Assembly (NCBI GenBank): GCA_025603075.1
Contig: MU626353.1
Span: 4,681 to 68,680 of the forward strand
Source: Neoconidiobolus thromboides FSU 785
Taxonomy: Eukaryota; Fungi; Entomophthoromycota
Length of the DNA: 64,000 bases
Reading direction: 5' to 3'
Below, one piece after another: positions 63,849-64,000 of this stretch; position 1 is the first letter of the stretch; each line of letters opens with the position of its first letter. A program made the translations under genes and the position numbers. The notes under the pieces are model-generated. The model was not told the origin of the DNA. It did not search any database and saw only the letters and a program-made list of their open reading frames with translations.

Positions 63849-64000
63849 GTTCATCCTACTATTAAGAACTTTTGATAAATCTTGCTGAAATTGTTTATTA
63901 GTGAATGCTAATATTAGTATTAAAGTACAATAACCTACAGTTTAGCATTACAAACATTATTATGCTTTGCTAATGATATTTATATTAATTTTATAGTAGC

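Overview
AT-rich eukaryotic DNA with short GT..AG introns of about 45-60 nt. Fungal marker genes (TIM54, an AMS1-type GH38 mannosidase, a VSB1-like SulP-STAS-cNMP transporter) point to a fungus. The style suggests an early-diverging lineage such as Conidiobolus, but this is inference and was not confirmed. Housekeeping genes: DPM3, SPC2, TIM54, BXI1, SDT1-like HAD, AMS1, an MCT-type MFS transporter, a cytochrome P450 and an initiator tRNA-Met. Accessory content: two secreted low-complexity paralogs, two pRiA4b-ORF3-like paralogs, a small Cys-rich secreted peptide with a pseudogene copy, and a tubby/LURP-like PY-motif family (4 intact genes, 3 pseudogenes). About 28 near-complete copies of a ~105-bp hairpin MITE-like repeat and two TA-flanked CAG..CTG MITEs are scattered between genes. 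Top finding: a tandem duplication at 28.4-36.0 kb holding two intact IS630/Tc1-derived ORFs. Both carry the same catalytic Asp-to-Asn change, show synonymous-only divergence in the conserved motif and keep a conserved upstream block, while the neighbouring host-type genes have decayed. This makes them a candidate domesticated transposase pair.
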